DNA of 64,000 bases from the human T2T-CHM13v2.0 reference genome, Homo sapiens. Within the stretch, counting starts at the first letter, position 1; every line of letters begins with the position of its first letter. The position numbers and the translations under genes are program-made. Where the stretch lies: assembly GCF_009914755.1 (NCBI RefSeq), contig NC_060942.1. One strand, 5' to 3'. Positions 1 to 16,292 of the stretch are shown piece by piece. Under the pieces are notes generated by a model. The model was not told where the DNA came from. It did no database searches and saw only the letters and a list, made by a program, of their open reading frames with translations.

Positions 1-160
1 AATGTGGCCCAAAACAGATTTGTAAAGTTTCTTAAAACATAAAATTTTTTGCAATTATTTTCTCTCATCAGCTATCATTAGTATTAGTGTATTTTACGTG
101 TGGCCCAAGACAGTTCTTCTTCCAATGTGGCCCAGGGAAGCCAAAAGATTGGACACCCTG
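1..160 (-). mobile_element. MER30 (hAT-Charlie MITE), partial, cut by window start
   Basis: Ends ...ccaatgtggcccagggaagccaaaagattggacaccctg, the reverse complement of the MER30 terminus CAGGGGTGTCCAATCTTTTGGCTTCCCTGGGCCACATTGG. Confidence 0.85.
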
Positions 161-1953
161 GGTATAGATAATGCTTGTCCCAACTGGTATTGTTTGGAAA
201 TTTCAGAGTTTATCAGCTTCATCCTCTGCTTTAAAGACATCTGATTTGTCTGCACCTTTTCTTCTCTCTACTACCCTGCACTGAATTCAGCATGGTTGGT
301 TTCCCTAGGCAAACACATTCTTAAATATCTTTGCCTAATTATCCTCCTTGTACTCTGAAAAAAGTCACCATGTGTGGTTTATGAATTGCAGAAATATTTT
401 CTTTACCATGAACCCCTCTCTTGATCTGATTTTCTGGTCTGCTGTTTGTAAATATCAACCTACCACACAACTAGTTCCTATACAGACTTTGCAAATGTCT
501 TTAATGTAAACACACACACACCACCAGGTTTTCCTTCTCCATCCAGCTTGTCTTCTACCTGAGTTTTCTGGTAAGCACCTCAAATTGCCCTCCAATTTGG
601 GAATCCTATCAATCAGCCTGGGGTGGAACACATCCCCTCACTATGGCCAGCACAGGCTCCTCCTGGAAGGTCCATCTCATTTACCAGTCCACCATAGTGG
701 GGAGTCACTCCAAACAGAGAGAGTTAGCAGAAGCACTGTGCTCGCCAGGGCCCTCCACTGTGCTTGACTTCATGTAGTGCTTCTCAGTTAAATTCCAGAT
801 TCTGTGCCTGCATCCCATGATTTGACACCACTCTTCTCAGACAGTGTTAGCAACCATTCTCTGACTGCCCTGCCAGTCCCATTTTCCAGGCATTAAATCC
901 TGAAATAAAGTCCCTTCCTCACTGGTTTAAAGTACTGAAATCTCAGGACCCCTCAGGACTAAAGTCTCTCAAGTTGCAACTGTTTATTCCCCCTTAAATA
1001 TTTGAGAATAAGAGAATTTACATTTCATTGTTAGTTTAATCCTTTAAAAATAAGCCCTACAATGTATTCTCTCTTGACAACAAAGATCTACGTCCTTTTT
1101 GTTTTGTAAAGTCTATCTTCCCTTTTTCCCTTAGTTCTTTTATTCTTTTGTAATCTATAATTTACATCGCAAAATTTAGCAATTTCCTTCTGTGCTAGAC
1201 ATTAGTGCTATGCTCTAAATGATGCCTGTTTTCTTTCCTCCAGGCACATCATAAGATAACATTTTCCATACCCTCGGAGGTTTGTCTTGACTTTTCTTTG
1301 GCCAAGGTATGCATTTGCCTGGCTCCTCTCTCCCACTTTTGGAATCATAAGCACAGCATAGAAGCTTTGCTCAGACAATCTCCTGATTAAGTATGTTAAA
1401 AACAGAGCCACCCAACTCGTGGCTGACAAATAACATGAGTAAGGAATAAACGTTATTGGTTCTTTGTTTGTTTGTTTCTGAGATTTGGGAGTTATTTTTT
1501 ACCTTTACATAAGCAAGTCCAACCTGGCTGTTATATTCTCAAAAACCATAGGCCATGTTGTCAATAGGATTATAGCACTTAAAACCAAGTACTTCCCTCT
1601 ATTTGTTTGATATCTAATATGTATTTAAAAGATGGCTAGAGATATGTAGACAATAATTCATTTGTTCAATATAAATTGATTGAACACATCCCTGTTTTAT
1701 CTTTTACTGTGAAAGTGATTCTTTGTTTGAGAGAAGGAAAATAATTGGATGATAGGAGTACTTATTGAATATAGTCAAGGTCATTTAGCTTAGATTAATT
1801 GGCCAAAATGCCATTCTGAGGAGAAAACGAGGTATTCCCAGGATGTCAAAACCACCTTTAAGTTTAATAAATGGCCAGTGGGATCAGTATGAGACAAAAT
1901 CACTGAGATAACACTTATCTGTCTATCTGGTTTCTGTTTGTATATGTGCATGT

Positions 1954-1955
<2 letters not shown>

Positions 1956-1995
<40 letters not shown>
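1956..1995. repeat. (GT)20 microsatellite
   Basis: Pure GT run read directly. Confidence 0.97.
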
Positions 1996-1998
<3 letters not shown>

Positions 1999-2067
1999 TA
2001 TTTCTCCTACATCATATATTATTTGTCTTAGAACCACCAAAAAAAAGATAGAAAAAAAGAAGTACCA

Positions 2068-2433
2068 TGATATGCTTTGGCTCTGTGTTCCCACCGAAAT
2101 CTCACCTTGAATTGTAATAATCCCCATGTGTCATGGGAGGGACCGGGTGGAAGGTAATTGAATTATGGGGGTGGGTTTTTCCTGTGCTGTTCTCATGATA
2201 GTGAATAAGTCTCATGAGATCTGATGTTTTGATAAAGGAAAGTTCTCCTGCACGTGCTCTCTCTTGCCTGCCACCATGTAAGATGAGACTTTGCTGTTCG
2301 TTCCTTCACCTTCCCCCATGATTGGGAGGCCTCCCCAGCCATATGGAAGTGTGAGTCCCTTAAATCTCTTTTCTTTATAAATTACCCAGTCTCAGGTATA
2401 TCTTTATTAGGAACATGAGAATGGACTAATATA
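2068..2433 (+). mobile_element. THE1B-like solo LTR (ERVL-MaLR)
   Basis: Starts tgatatgctttggctctgtg, contains gtgaataagtctcatgagatctgatg, ends ggactaatata; flanked by near-perfect 5-bp TSD tacca/tacta. Confidence 0.92.
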
Positions 2434-2701
2434 TACTATGACAGACTAATGGGAGAAAAAAATGCTTAGTGAGTACACACTTAAGTAACAGTGCAAAATA
2501 TACAATGCAAACACCTTGAGAAGAGCAAAATCATTCTGGAGGGAAGAACCATATGAAACTCATGGAATTGTTGAGACTAAAGATGAATCTTAATAATTCT
2601 GAAGGCAGGAGACATGGGAAAGCCTATTATTGCCTTCATGGAACCATGAACGTGTTAGAGGGAGTATGCGGAGATCATAACACACCTGGATATTAGCTTG
2701 C

Positions 2702-2960
2702 CACTCATTCATTCGACATATTTGCTGAAAACCCACATATAACCATGTTGGGAATTATAGTGGCAAGCCAGATATCTGCCACCCCAATTCTCATTGAGCT
2801 TTGTAGTCTAGCACATGGAAAACAGTAAACAAATGATTATTTAACTCGCAATTGTGTTGAGTGCTGTGGAGAAATACAGTGTTATTTAAGGGTAGAAACC
2901 AAAATGGTTTCACCTGGTCTGGGATGACAGGGTGAGGAAGGCTCTTCAAGAAGCAGTTTG
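2702..2960 (-). mobile_element. L2 3' end fragment
   Basis: cattcattcgacatatttgctga... matches the reverse-oriented L2 3' terminus; highly diverged, approximate bounds. Confidence 0.6.
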
Positions 2961-3315
2961 GGAGGCATTTGCAACACTAGAGCTAAAACACAGAGCAAAA
3001 AGCTAAGAGGGCTATAAACAAGGTTAGGGAGGAAACAAGAACTCTGGAGGCCTCATTCTTCATAGTATACAAAGGAGGTTCTTGAGGAACCTACTTGCAT
3101 TATTTTGTTTCCTTTGTCAACATTTCCCAGCATAAATGTCTGTATATGAGTGATGTTTGTTCATTTAAGGAAGAACTCATGGAACTATTTAAAGAGCTGC
3201 CTTAAGAAACATGACATTAAGAGGTAAAATAACCACCTATTTCTAATTTCTCTAACCTTCCCATTAATGTGGGCTCATAATCTCTAAACTATAGTAGTAT
3301 CTGAGCTAAGTCTTT

Positions 3316-5213
<1,898 letters not shown>

Positions 5214-6184
5214 TCACATACATGTGTTTGTACATTTTCTATGTGCAGGAAATGCCAACTTTACTTTTTCTAAAACTTTTACATGAAACAAAAGAGAATT
5301 ATTGGCATTCACTCATTTGGAAATAAATTTATAGGGAATATATTTTGGTTGTTTCTCTTCATAATTATTTTTAAAATGTCATTGGAGCTACTTTTTAAAA
5401 CAAAAATCAGGCCCCAGGATGGCATTTGCCAGCTTTCCTTTTGGGGGATAGGCCAATCCTACCTTTTCTTTGGAGGCTGTCACTCAAGGTAAGTGGAGCG
5501 ATGTGTGGCTGGGAGCTGGGGAACGGTTGCCAAAAGCCTTGCATCATTGCTTCACCTCAATGGAACTTCTGTAAGGGAAGAATAGGACATTATTGAAATC
5601 TTTCTGAAATAAAAAGACAGCCTCCCTAAAAAGCACTGAAGTGGTCCCCCAAAATGTTTCAAAAGCATCTTGAGCAATATTGGCATGAAGGAAGCCATGT
5701 TTCTGCATACCAGTACGCTGGGGCCAGACTCGTAATGCCCTCAAATGAGAGCAGAGGCAGCTCCCGCAGCAGCTGTTGAGAGAGGTGACAGAAAGTGGGA
5801 AGACTGCACAATGGAAAGGAAGGAGAAATTCTCTAAGGAGACACTGAAGCAAAGATTCAAACAGTATGACTCAGCCAGTGGTTGGGCAAACCCACTGGCA
5901 GATGGGCCAGTAGTATACACAAGAATTAGGAATCATGTAAGGGCCTTGGGAGCAATGGTTTAAAGCCAACTTTTCCTTGGTGAAGCCTGAGAGAAATGAA
6001 GAAGTTCTGCTTTTTGTTGACCTGTGGTGGATAGAATAAATATAAGTAGGGAAGTTCTAGTGTGGGTAGTCTGTGCTCCAGTTTCCCTGTGAACATAGGG
6101 ACATGTTATATGGCTTGAGTAGATCATCAGGTCTAAGATAAACTGTGTGATGCATTCTTTTTTTATTTTTTTCCATTTAGACTA

Positions 6185-6620
6185 AAAATATTTGCTTAAC
6201 TCACAATATATCAAATATTAGGCTAGGCACTTAGGTACTATTTGTAAACAAGATAGCCTATGGTTTCTGACTTAGAGAATTTTTGGTTTGTTGGTGAAGA
6301 CAAACACGATAATAAGTAGTCATAATACAATGTCATAAATGACACCAATAGGAAACTATAGGATGCATTGGAAGCACAGAGGAAACATATTTGGTGAGTG
6401 GGAAGGGATCAAGGCAATGTCTTCAGAAAATGTGGGCACTAAGCTGAATCCTGGCATCTGAGAGGAAATTACCTAAATGAAAAGTGCAATAGCAGCTGGT
6501 AAAAAAGAGGGCAAGCTTAAGGAAGTTTTCTTTCTAATCAGAAAGGAAAGAAACAGCATCTGAAAAAGTCTGATAGCAAGGGTTTGTTGCAATTCAGAGA
6601 CAGGCAGGTTTATCATGGTT
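6185..6620 (-). mobile_element. L2 fragment
   Basis: aaatatttgcttaactcacaatatatcaaatattaggctaggcac... L2 3' end pattern followed by typical purine-rich L2 body. Confidence 0.6.
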
Positions 6621-6850
6621 CTGGGTGTACAGTACTCAGTTAATGGTTTGTAGATATGAATTGTAATCTAGTCCTTGAAATGGTTTCTCTTGTTTGCTGA
6701 ACTGCAAGCCACTTTGAGCTGGAACAGTAACAGGATTTGTGAATCTAGGAGGATGCTCTAAGTAGAATGTTCTCATGCTTTCATTATTTTCTTCTTCCTG
6801 TTTCCTCAGATTTTGGCTTCTGTTTTCATTCTTCCAAAACTTCCTATCTG

Positions 6851-6854
<4 letters not shown>

Positions 6855-6888
<34 letters not shown>
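6855..6888. repeat. (CA)17 microsatellite
   Basis: Pure CA run. Confidence 0.97.
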
Positions 6889-6892
<4 letters not shown>

Positions 6893-8822
6893 CATCTATT
6901 TTTGTTCTTCACAATTCATTCTTTGTCATTCTCCAATTTTACCATATGAAAAAATGAATCCAGCAAAATGAGATTTCCTTTTGGTCACAATTCAAATCAT
7001 GTTGGGATTATCTAATTATCCATTTTATAGAGTGCTGTGATCCAATTAACAACATTTAAAAATGTAATTTCAAAGAAAAATGGAAAAACATAAAATGGAC
7101 TGAAAAGCATAAGTGTGGGTTTAAAAAAAAGCATCCTAATCTACTCATGGGTTTCTACAGTTAGTCTTATGTATGATGCACAATAAATAACGTGACAAGT
7201 TTCAAACAGCCACAAATTACCAAGGATTAATGAATGCTCACATAGGAATACATTTTTAGTAGAACCCTATTGTCCCAGGGTTTTGGTTTATTTTGACAAT
7301 GTTTTGCCTCTCTTTGTTCATGGTGAAAATTTTTTTCCCTTTCCCTTTGGCAGGAGAGAGAGCATGTGGGGCTTTGCCAGAGAGGAACTTGGATGGCAAT
7401 CACCTAAGAACTCCAAACTCAGTGCCAGGGCAGACTGGTGTCTATTTTGGTGGGTTTCCAAGTTCTGAACATTGGAATTTAAATGCAGATGGAGGCCACT
7501 CTGGACGTGTGTCCACGGTAGTTGGGGTATTGTTGGTTGTGAGCTGGTCTACACACAGATCACACACAGATCTCTTTGTGGTGCTGGAGAAGTTGGAATC
7601 AGCTCATAGGGGAGTCCCAATGTGGAAGACCCAGGAGTGCAGCAGGCTTTGCTTTTTAAGAAGTAACTCATTAAAAATGAAATTGGAAAGAGGTCTTTGA
7701 TCTTGCTTGGAGCCCTAGACAATCAAAACCAAAAATGGAACTGGAATTCCATAGTCTGAAGGTTTGTGACCAAAATCTTAATTCAAAGCTGCACTTTATT
7801 TTCCCTTTCATTCAGTTCAGCACTTTTAAGATCAGAAATCAGTTATCTTTATGTCATGATAGGGTTTACATTAAGCTACTCGAGTCTCCAAAATTACAAC
7901 ATTAAATCAGTTACATAAAAACAAAAACTAATTCATTGACATTAGCTCTCTTTGTAATTGATGAAAAGAGGAAAGAAGTGAAGTTTGAAAAAAAACCCTC
8001 AAATTTACACCTAAGTTAAAGACTGCTAAAGTGTCTTTTTCTTTTACTGATTTTCTATTTAAATTGAGAAATTAAATTTGACTGTGTAATATTTCCACAT
8101 ACGTAAATTCCAGAAACTACTCATAAAATAAAAAGAGTTTTTCATCATTCAGGAAGATATTTCCTTGATGGGTTTGTGTTCATCAATAAACTATGCCTTG
8201 CTTCAAAATGTACAGGCACGTAGGGCTGCTTCTAGCATCTCAGCAGGCTCTTAGAGTGGATTCCATGAGGGCTGATAGGACAGTAGGGGTGAAAATACAT
8301 ACAGCAATATATCTATAAGCTACATGGCCTTGAGGGGATTGCCTAAACTCACCTGTCTTTCTTTAAATTGACTTCATTGAAAAATAGGGGTAAAAACAGT
8401 GCACCCTTTAGTGTGTTTTTTTAATGACTAAATGAAACAATATTTGCCAAGCATTTTTAATACAGTCTGCTGTTTCATAAATGATCAACAAACATGTATT
8501 GCTGCAATTATTTATATTTATTATTGTTGATTTTACACAGCAATGTCTTCCAGTAGTTGATAACTTTCTACTTTTAAAATAATTGGAAGAATGTAAGCTC
8601 TCAACTAGTCCACTAGTCCCGAAACAATAGATACCAGCTGGCAGAGATAATAGCTGTCTGGAAGAGAGAGATACATACCACATCAAAAAACAACAAAAAA
8701 AGTAAGTTGGATACATGCATGAAAAATGTCTAGCAAGATATAGAAAGGGAGCAAAAGGATGTTTGCTTTAATTTATAAAGATCAACATGAATAGAGATAG
8801 CATATCCTCCCTGAGATAGAAT

Positions 8823-8877
8823 GTTGCATCCTTATGTAAAGAGAAAGTTGTATCCCTATGTAAAGAGAAAATTGTAT
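8823..8877. repeat. 24-bp tandem repeat, about 2.3 copies
   Basis: gttgcatccttatgtaaagagaaa / gttgtatccctatgtaaagagaaa / attgtat. Confidence 0.85.
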
Positions 8878-10894
8878 TATCTGGCCTAAAATTCAAACTA
8901 ATGGCCTCATTTTAAAAAATAAAACAAACAATAAAATCACACAAAAATTAAACCACATAGTCATAGTGATAAAATGGTACTTGTAATTCAACCCAAAATT
9001 AGATATTAAATAACACATTTTTTTTTTCTGCAGGAATAACACCATTTTTTTCCTCCTCTATCATCCCAGGGATGGCTCAAGTACTCAAAAGGCAGCACTA
9101 AAATAAGGCTATGTCTCTTCCTGAGAATACTCTGGACTTCATTCTCTGATTAAAGATCACAACTGCTTCTTCGTTGAGGAAATCATGTATTTCAAAGCCA
9201 CCAATGAACAAGGTTTGCATTTGTGTTCATTTAAGAAAAGAAAAAAACCCTGAGCAAACCTTTCTCTGTGCATTAAGCCTTCTGACCTTTATTGAAATAA
9301 CAAAACAGTTATTCAAAGGACACGAGGATGAATTAAAGGTAACTTTCTATTTGCTAACATTCAAGGAGGGAATAGCTTGCCTGACTTTCTCAGAGAACTG
9401 CTCTGAGAGAATGCATTCAGTCCTCTAAGGAAAGTGTTCAATTATGTTTTTTTTTTTAAGTTAAATGTCTGGATATCAAAAAGTTTGATATGTTAACAAT
9501 GAAAAACTACATTAGCAAACTTAAGGCTGTCTTAAAGTAGCAGTACCAAAAAGTTTCTGGGGAAAACAATTTAGAATCTTGAGTTCTAGGCCTGTGTGCC
9601 TCTAAGTAGTAGTGTGGACTTAGGTAAACAGCTTAAGGGAATCAATGGATTTTGTTATTGGTGGTGGTGATGGTGATGCCTCATTTTGTTTTCCCTTCAG
9701 AATGTTATGCAAAATGTATAAGATTCTGGGAGGAAGGAACTTGGTAAATCCTATGAAGTCCTTTAACTAGAAGTCCTATGTATTCTTCTATTTTCTGTTC
9801 CCATTGCTATTACCTAGGTAACTGTAATAGTCTCTGAACTGACCTTCCCGCTGTAGTCAACCTCCTCATCAATCTATCTAATAATGTATTCATTCCAGAT
9901 TTATCTTTATCATTTCTCTGTTTATAAGCCATGGGTTACTTATTATTGCTACCAAATTAAGTACAAAATTTGGTCCAATATGCAAAGAGCATAAAACATG
10001 GTGCCATTTCCATTTCTTTTGTGACTTTTTCTTTTTCTTCTACATAAAACTTATTTTCTAAAAATGGTTGGCTCTTTGCCACTATTTAAATACGTCTTAC
10101 ATTATTTTGCTTTTACATCTTTGATGGCTTGGGTCCCTCTTCCCTGGAGCTCTTATATGCTGCCCTACACAAAATACGAGCAATGTCCCCACACAAAACA
10201 CATGTAAACACACATACATGTTTCAGATGAATCAACTTTGGCAAGGTGTCCAGGTTGAAAATGCACAGATTTTATTGTTTGGCAGGCATTTTTTTCTTCT
10301 TAGTGCTAAGCATTTAATTTTTAAGGGTAATTCCATTCCTACTGCTTTAATACTCTCTTAGGAATCTATTACATCTGTGATTTTGACATAAGACATTTAA
10401 CCTTAAATCATTTTATTTTCTGTCCTTAGAATGACAATCCATGAATTACACAGTAAACAAATACTATATGTATGAGACCGATTCACTGTCACAAACCTGG
10501 AGAAGAAAACCCTTTTGAGGTTTAAAGCTGAGAGGGAGATAAAAACTTGGTTGTACTACTTCTGGGAAATGCTGAAGTTATCCACGTGATTTTCCAGTCA
10601 CTGATTATTTTAGCAAAGTAACACAAACAGAGGAGGAGCTCTGGACTCTAGCTTCTCATTTCTAAAAGAACAGATGTAAGTTATCCCCTTGAAGCTTTTC
10701 CTAACTGTACAATTCTTTCATTCTAGAAACCCAAAGATCAAGTATTAGTTATCAACTATAAGAAATAGGATTCGTTTCTAAGACTACATATTAGTAGATC
10801 ACAGACTTCATACTTACTCTTATTTTATTATTATTTAAAATTTTCTAAGACTTTAAAGAAGAATTAAATATGGCTTGGTGGAAATGATGAATTT

Positions 10895-11040
10895 TATCAA
10901 TAAATCTAAATTCTAGTGATACATCTGCCACTTTGTTTATAAGCTTGGAGCACACTTTTATTCTATGTGTGTACATATTTCCATTTATAAAATGGGGTTA
11001 TTGTAAAGCTAAATTGAGATTTTTATTAAATGTAGATGAA
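10895..11040 (+). mobile_element. MIR fragment
   Basis: ttccatttataaaatggggttattgtaaagctaaattgagat resembles the MIR core. Confidence 0.55.
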
Positions 11041-11695
11041 TAGATTGATAAATAATGTGCTCTAATTGAATAAGTCATTCTTAGACTTTCTCCCCTTTAC
11101 TAAAAATTATACGCTGTAATAATTTAAAAACTATTAGTAATTTTAAGACATATTATCTTACAGACCTATAGAAAACCAAAATAAACAAATACATGTTCCT
11201 CTGATACAAAAAAAAATCAATCATTGGCATTTTTATTTCTCTTTTTTGTGACTTTCTTGAATACGGTATAATTTTCTACTTTTCAGTAATGAAACACATA
11301 TTGGAAGTTATCACTCAAATATCAGTACGAAGATGATGCCGGGCTATGCATCTTCATTCTCAAAATTCTTAGAGAGTTTTTGGTGTTGTCAGAATTGCTA
11401 AAATATATCATGTGTCTGTTATACAGAGGAGACTCCAAAATGGCCTGGGATATGTCACTTAACTGTAATAACACATGTCAGCCAAACAGTTTTCATAGAT
11501 CATGATACTCCTAATAAGAATAAAGCACTAGAGCTAAAAAACAAAATCCCATTCATTTCTGTATTAAGGCTTTTGTGGCAAATTAAAGACTCGACTCAAT
11601 CTAAATTCAAAAGAAAGGGACATTTCATAAAGATATGGGAAGTCACATAGAACTCAAGGATAAGAATTTGACTTGGCATTAAGAATAGCTAAACA

Positions 11696-12090
<395 letters not shown>

Positions 12091-15000
12091 TTAATCTAAG
12101 GAAGAGAAAAGTATGAAGTGGAGCCTCTACCTCTTTTTACAAACTTCCAGAAACTTTCTTGAGCTAAAGTTCAAATATTTTTGGCAGGTAATGGGATGTA
12201 TTGGTCCAGCACTGATAACAGGTTATCCTACAATCAAGTATACTCTTTCCAGAAAGCTGAGTTAGGTAAGCACATGGCAACTTCTGGTGAAGCTACATGG
12301 ATGGATACAGCAAAGAGATAATTTTAGCAGGAAAGGTTATACCTGTTACTAAAAAGCGCTTGTGAGACGCAGTTCTGATTTCTTTGTCTAAACATAGTTC
12401 TCTCTTTTGATATCTCATTGTTTTTATTTCTATAAACCAGACATATTGGTACCTAATTATACATTGCCTTATATTGCTCTTTATCACACAGATACATACT
12501 CTGTTTCTAAACCAAGTACAAATATTTTGGTGTAGAACCACATCCCGTTTCTGTTGCATGATTCAGAATGCCATGATGGTGCTAGTGTGGTCCTACCTAT
12601 GTAGTAGCCACTTGAATAATTCTTTAAATTCAGTTGACTGTTTTGCATAAATAACAATAAGTATGTGTTTTATTTAAAATAAAAAAATGGCTTAAATGAG
12701 TTTATTTTCTGCATCTAGTTTTTGAACTTACAGATAGGTCAGTTTAGTCAGATCAGTAGAACCAATCATTCATGTTGAAGCAAGTTCTAACTCTTTCAGT
12801 TATATTTATCTTTTCACTGAGCCACCTATATGTCTATAAAAAGAGGGAGAGAGGACAGGGGTTTTACATGGCTGCAGGTGAGAGATTGACAGCAGGAAGA
12901 AACTGAGTGATGTGGTTAGCCAAATGATATGATACTCCAGAGCCTCAAAGGAGATTACTAGTAAAGGTAAGGTAGACTAACTCTCATCATAAAATACCAC
13001 CATCAGATTTTTAAAGTACTTATTTGCAATCCAGATAGGTTTTTGAAAAATTTTGACAAAGATATTTATTTAATGTAGAATTATTTGGACCAAAATTTTC
13101 TAAATAAAATATTATAATATTTTATAAAATAGTACCTCAATATATACATATTTGATTACTATAGTTGCTAAAATGTATGCACACTTTTAGTTAAAATGTA
13201 GAAATTGATGCAAAACAATATTTCATTAAGACTTTTCTTCATCAGTCAGAATACTTCGTTTTCCTCAGAATCACTTATAGACATTTCTACTTATTACTTT
13301 TAGCAAATACATTTCTCTGGCAGAGAGAAATATGTAAGTTATTAATTTTGCTAATTAATTAGTATTAGAGTCAGTGTTATTGTTGATTACAATCATTTTT
13401 GTGTCATTTTCCTAGGAAATCTTTGAATACTAAGCTGATACCAGCTACTTTATAAAATATTGTCTTCTATAAAGTATTCCATGTCTGTTTTTGTGAGTTA
13501 CCTACAGCTATGTATTTAGTATTTAAAGAAAGATGTGCTTCTGATTTATTTACCTACTTCTAGCATGCTAATTTAAAAATTAAATTTTTCCTTTCTTCCC
13601 CAGGAATACTTTTTAATATGACTTCTACAGAGATGGTGATAAACATATTCTTTCCTAAGGGTCAGACATTGTTTTGGAAATTATTAAAATATTTATTATA
13701 ACAATATAACTATTGCAGAAGGTCTTATATATTTCATCAAGTTTTATTTATTTTTATTTATTATTATTATTTTTCTTTTATCCTACTTCCTGTTTAATTG
13801 CAGAATTTCACCAAGTTTTATAAATGTTTTCCTGCAAATTATAGTCTTTACTTTTAAAAATAAATCATGGCTAATTTCTTTTTATGTGATGCTTTTTGTT
13901 AGGAAACAGATGAGTGGGACTTGGGAACTCAAGTCTAACCTACTTAAATCAGAGAGAGCATTAGCGCAAATATTCTTAAGTAAGCATTCATTGTCTAATC
14001 AAACGAAACTGGCTTACTCAATGTTCGGTAGCATGTCTTTTCAAATCCTGGCTCAGGCTCTTGACTAATATGGGCTGCTCACTCTGATCCCATTGGGGCT
14101 GCAGAAATCTCCTATTTCCTTTCATTTTCAGGTATGCAACTGCCTTTCTAAGCCATGACTACATTGCTAAATGAATCATTGATTTGGAAAATCTGAAGTG
14201 ACCTTCAGCTTGTTCTCCAGCTCTTCCTCAACAGAAAAGAGAGGCAAAATCAGCAAAATATTGGAAAGAGGTAGTTTTTCTAAAGGTATTTGTGGCAGGT
14301 AGAAGATTGGAGGCCACTCAGCTATGTGTGTAAGTGTGTGCAGGGAGAAATTAGGTTCTATATTCAGAAGTGACATTCTTTGTATTTTCAGTGTGGCTCT
14401 AAAAACAGAGCCTTTTTCTTATAGTTCAGAGTCAGACACTGCCCTTGGCTTCTCAGCCATTCTAGTAAACTATTTGTTACTCAGAAAGCCTCAAATTCTT
14501 CATTGAATTTATTTGGACCAGTTTTTGTGCACTTACCTCGTTGGCATGGTAATAGTCTTTTGAATAACCAATACTGTGAACAATTATACAATTAAAAATT
14601 CTACTTCCATTATTATTCTTAACTTCTCCCTTTATATTTTGTTACAGTTATGAGGTATGTTTTATTAACTATTCTAGACATAGATCTAGCCCTGCATTTA
14701 CTCAGCACTGCCTTGCTCCTTTTCATGAGGGGTGATCTAGTTAGACATATCAATATTCAATGAAATGTATAGATTACCCTGATAAAATGGCTCAATGAAG
14801 TTCATGTAAGGTCAATGGAAGATTGAGGCATCATATGCACTGAGCCACTAATTGGTCTCATACTAGTAGGATATAGCTATCCCCACCCCCTATATCTTGA
14901 GTCTCCTTCCTCTTAGGTGCTGAGCATTTCCAAAGGCTTCTCTAGCTGAAGCAGGTATAAGAAAATGAAGTGACATAAAGCATCAACCCTTAGGTATAAA

Positions 15001-16255
15001 TGATTGGCAAGTCTCAACCTTGCTAAAACTGAGACTTTTCAATTAGCTATGCTTAAAAGTTTCTACTGAATTACTGAAGCCATAATTATGTATGTAATTC
15101 AAGTTTCCTTTGAGCTGACCTACAATGAAAGAAGTTACCTAGATGACCTCTTAGGTCCTTTTCTCTCTCCAGCAATCATGGATACTTTACGAATCTCATA
15201 AGGAGTACAGCTCATTTATTATTAACACCATTTTAGAATGAAGGAAGAAGAGGCTTAGAAAGGTTTAGTAGCAGAGAAGAGAGCAGCCTTCTGATTTGTG
15301 GGTTCCACATTCTGGATGCAGAAAACTTTCAGTCATTCTTATCTATTGTGAGGCTTGTACCAGTTTCTCCATAAACTTACAAAACCAAACCATTTTGACA
15401 AGCTTTGTTCCTGCCTCTGACTTCTTTCAGATAGTGGCTAACCATCTTCTCTTGATGAGTCATTTTTGCTCTTCCTCATTCCCTTCTTGATGTTCAAGTA
15501 GGTGAACGTGATGACTATAAAAGGCAAGCAATTAATATCTGGGGTTAGGCAGAGCTCTGTAAGCCAATCTCCAAGAATGTGCAAGCTCCTTTGTCCTTAA
15601 CTGTAACCTTGGCACATGAAAAGCAACTTCCATTCCGTTTTACCAACATTTCGGTCAAAGATCAATTGCCATTGTAATTATATCATATATCACAGGATGG
15701 GGAATCAGTGAGAGGGCAGGCCCTTTAAACTAATACATATCATTAGCATTTAAAGAACATGAAAAACAAATTGAACATTAGTCCTCATGTAAGTCTTTTT
15801 TCTAGAGCAAATAATTTTCCAAATTAAAATGAATAAATTAATGAAATTGTCACATGTCTGAGAATAAACTAGGTTGGTAATGCCGTCAAGCTCTTAGCAA
15901 AGTTTAGCTCATTGTACTTCTCTGTCTGATCATTATAACATCTAATCAAGGGGAGCTTAAATACTTCAATGAGCTCTCAAAATAAATTTGATCTGAGCAG
16001 CTCAGGTCTCATGGATTCCTAGGGTTACTGACTGGGTGAAACATGTTTTTGTTTTAATCCCTGTCTCAGCTCAAAGAGGATTAATGCCCGTAATTCTGCT
16101 ATCCCCATTTAATTGAGAAATGAAATTTGAAGAGGCACCTCCTGGAACACTCCACTTTGAAATATGACCCATCCACTGTCTATATAATAAATCTTCCTCT
16201 GCTCTCACACACTTATCCACATCCTTCCTATCCCAAAGAAGGAGGAAAGAAAGTT

Positions 16256-16257
<2 letters not shown>

Positions 16258-16290
<33 letters not shown>
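16258..16290. repeat. (TG)16 microsatellite
   Basis: Pure TG run. Confidence 0.97.

Positions 16291-16292
<2 letters not shown>

Noticed and set aside
630-965. LTR-like segment with AATAAA at 904
   Set aside because: Could not assign termini or family with confidence
7293-7700. 135-aa ORF in unique DNA
   Set aside because: No recognisable domain or coding character; length compatible with chance
9473-9491. 8-bp hairpin atatcaaa-aag-tttgatat
   Set aside because: Expected by chance in AT-rich DNA
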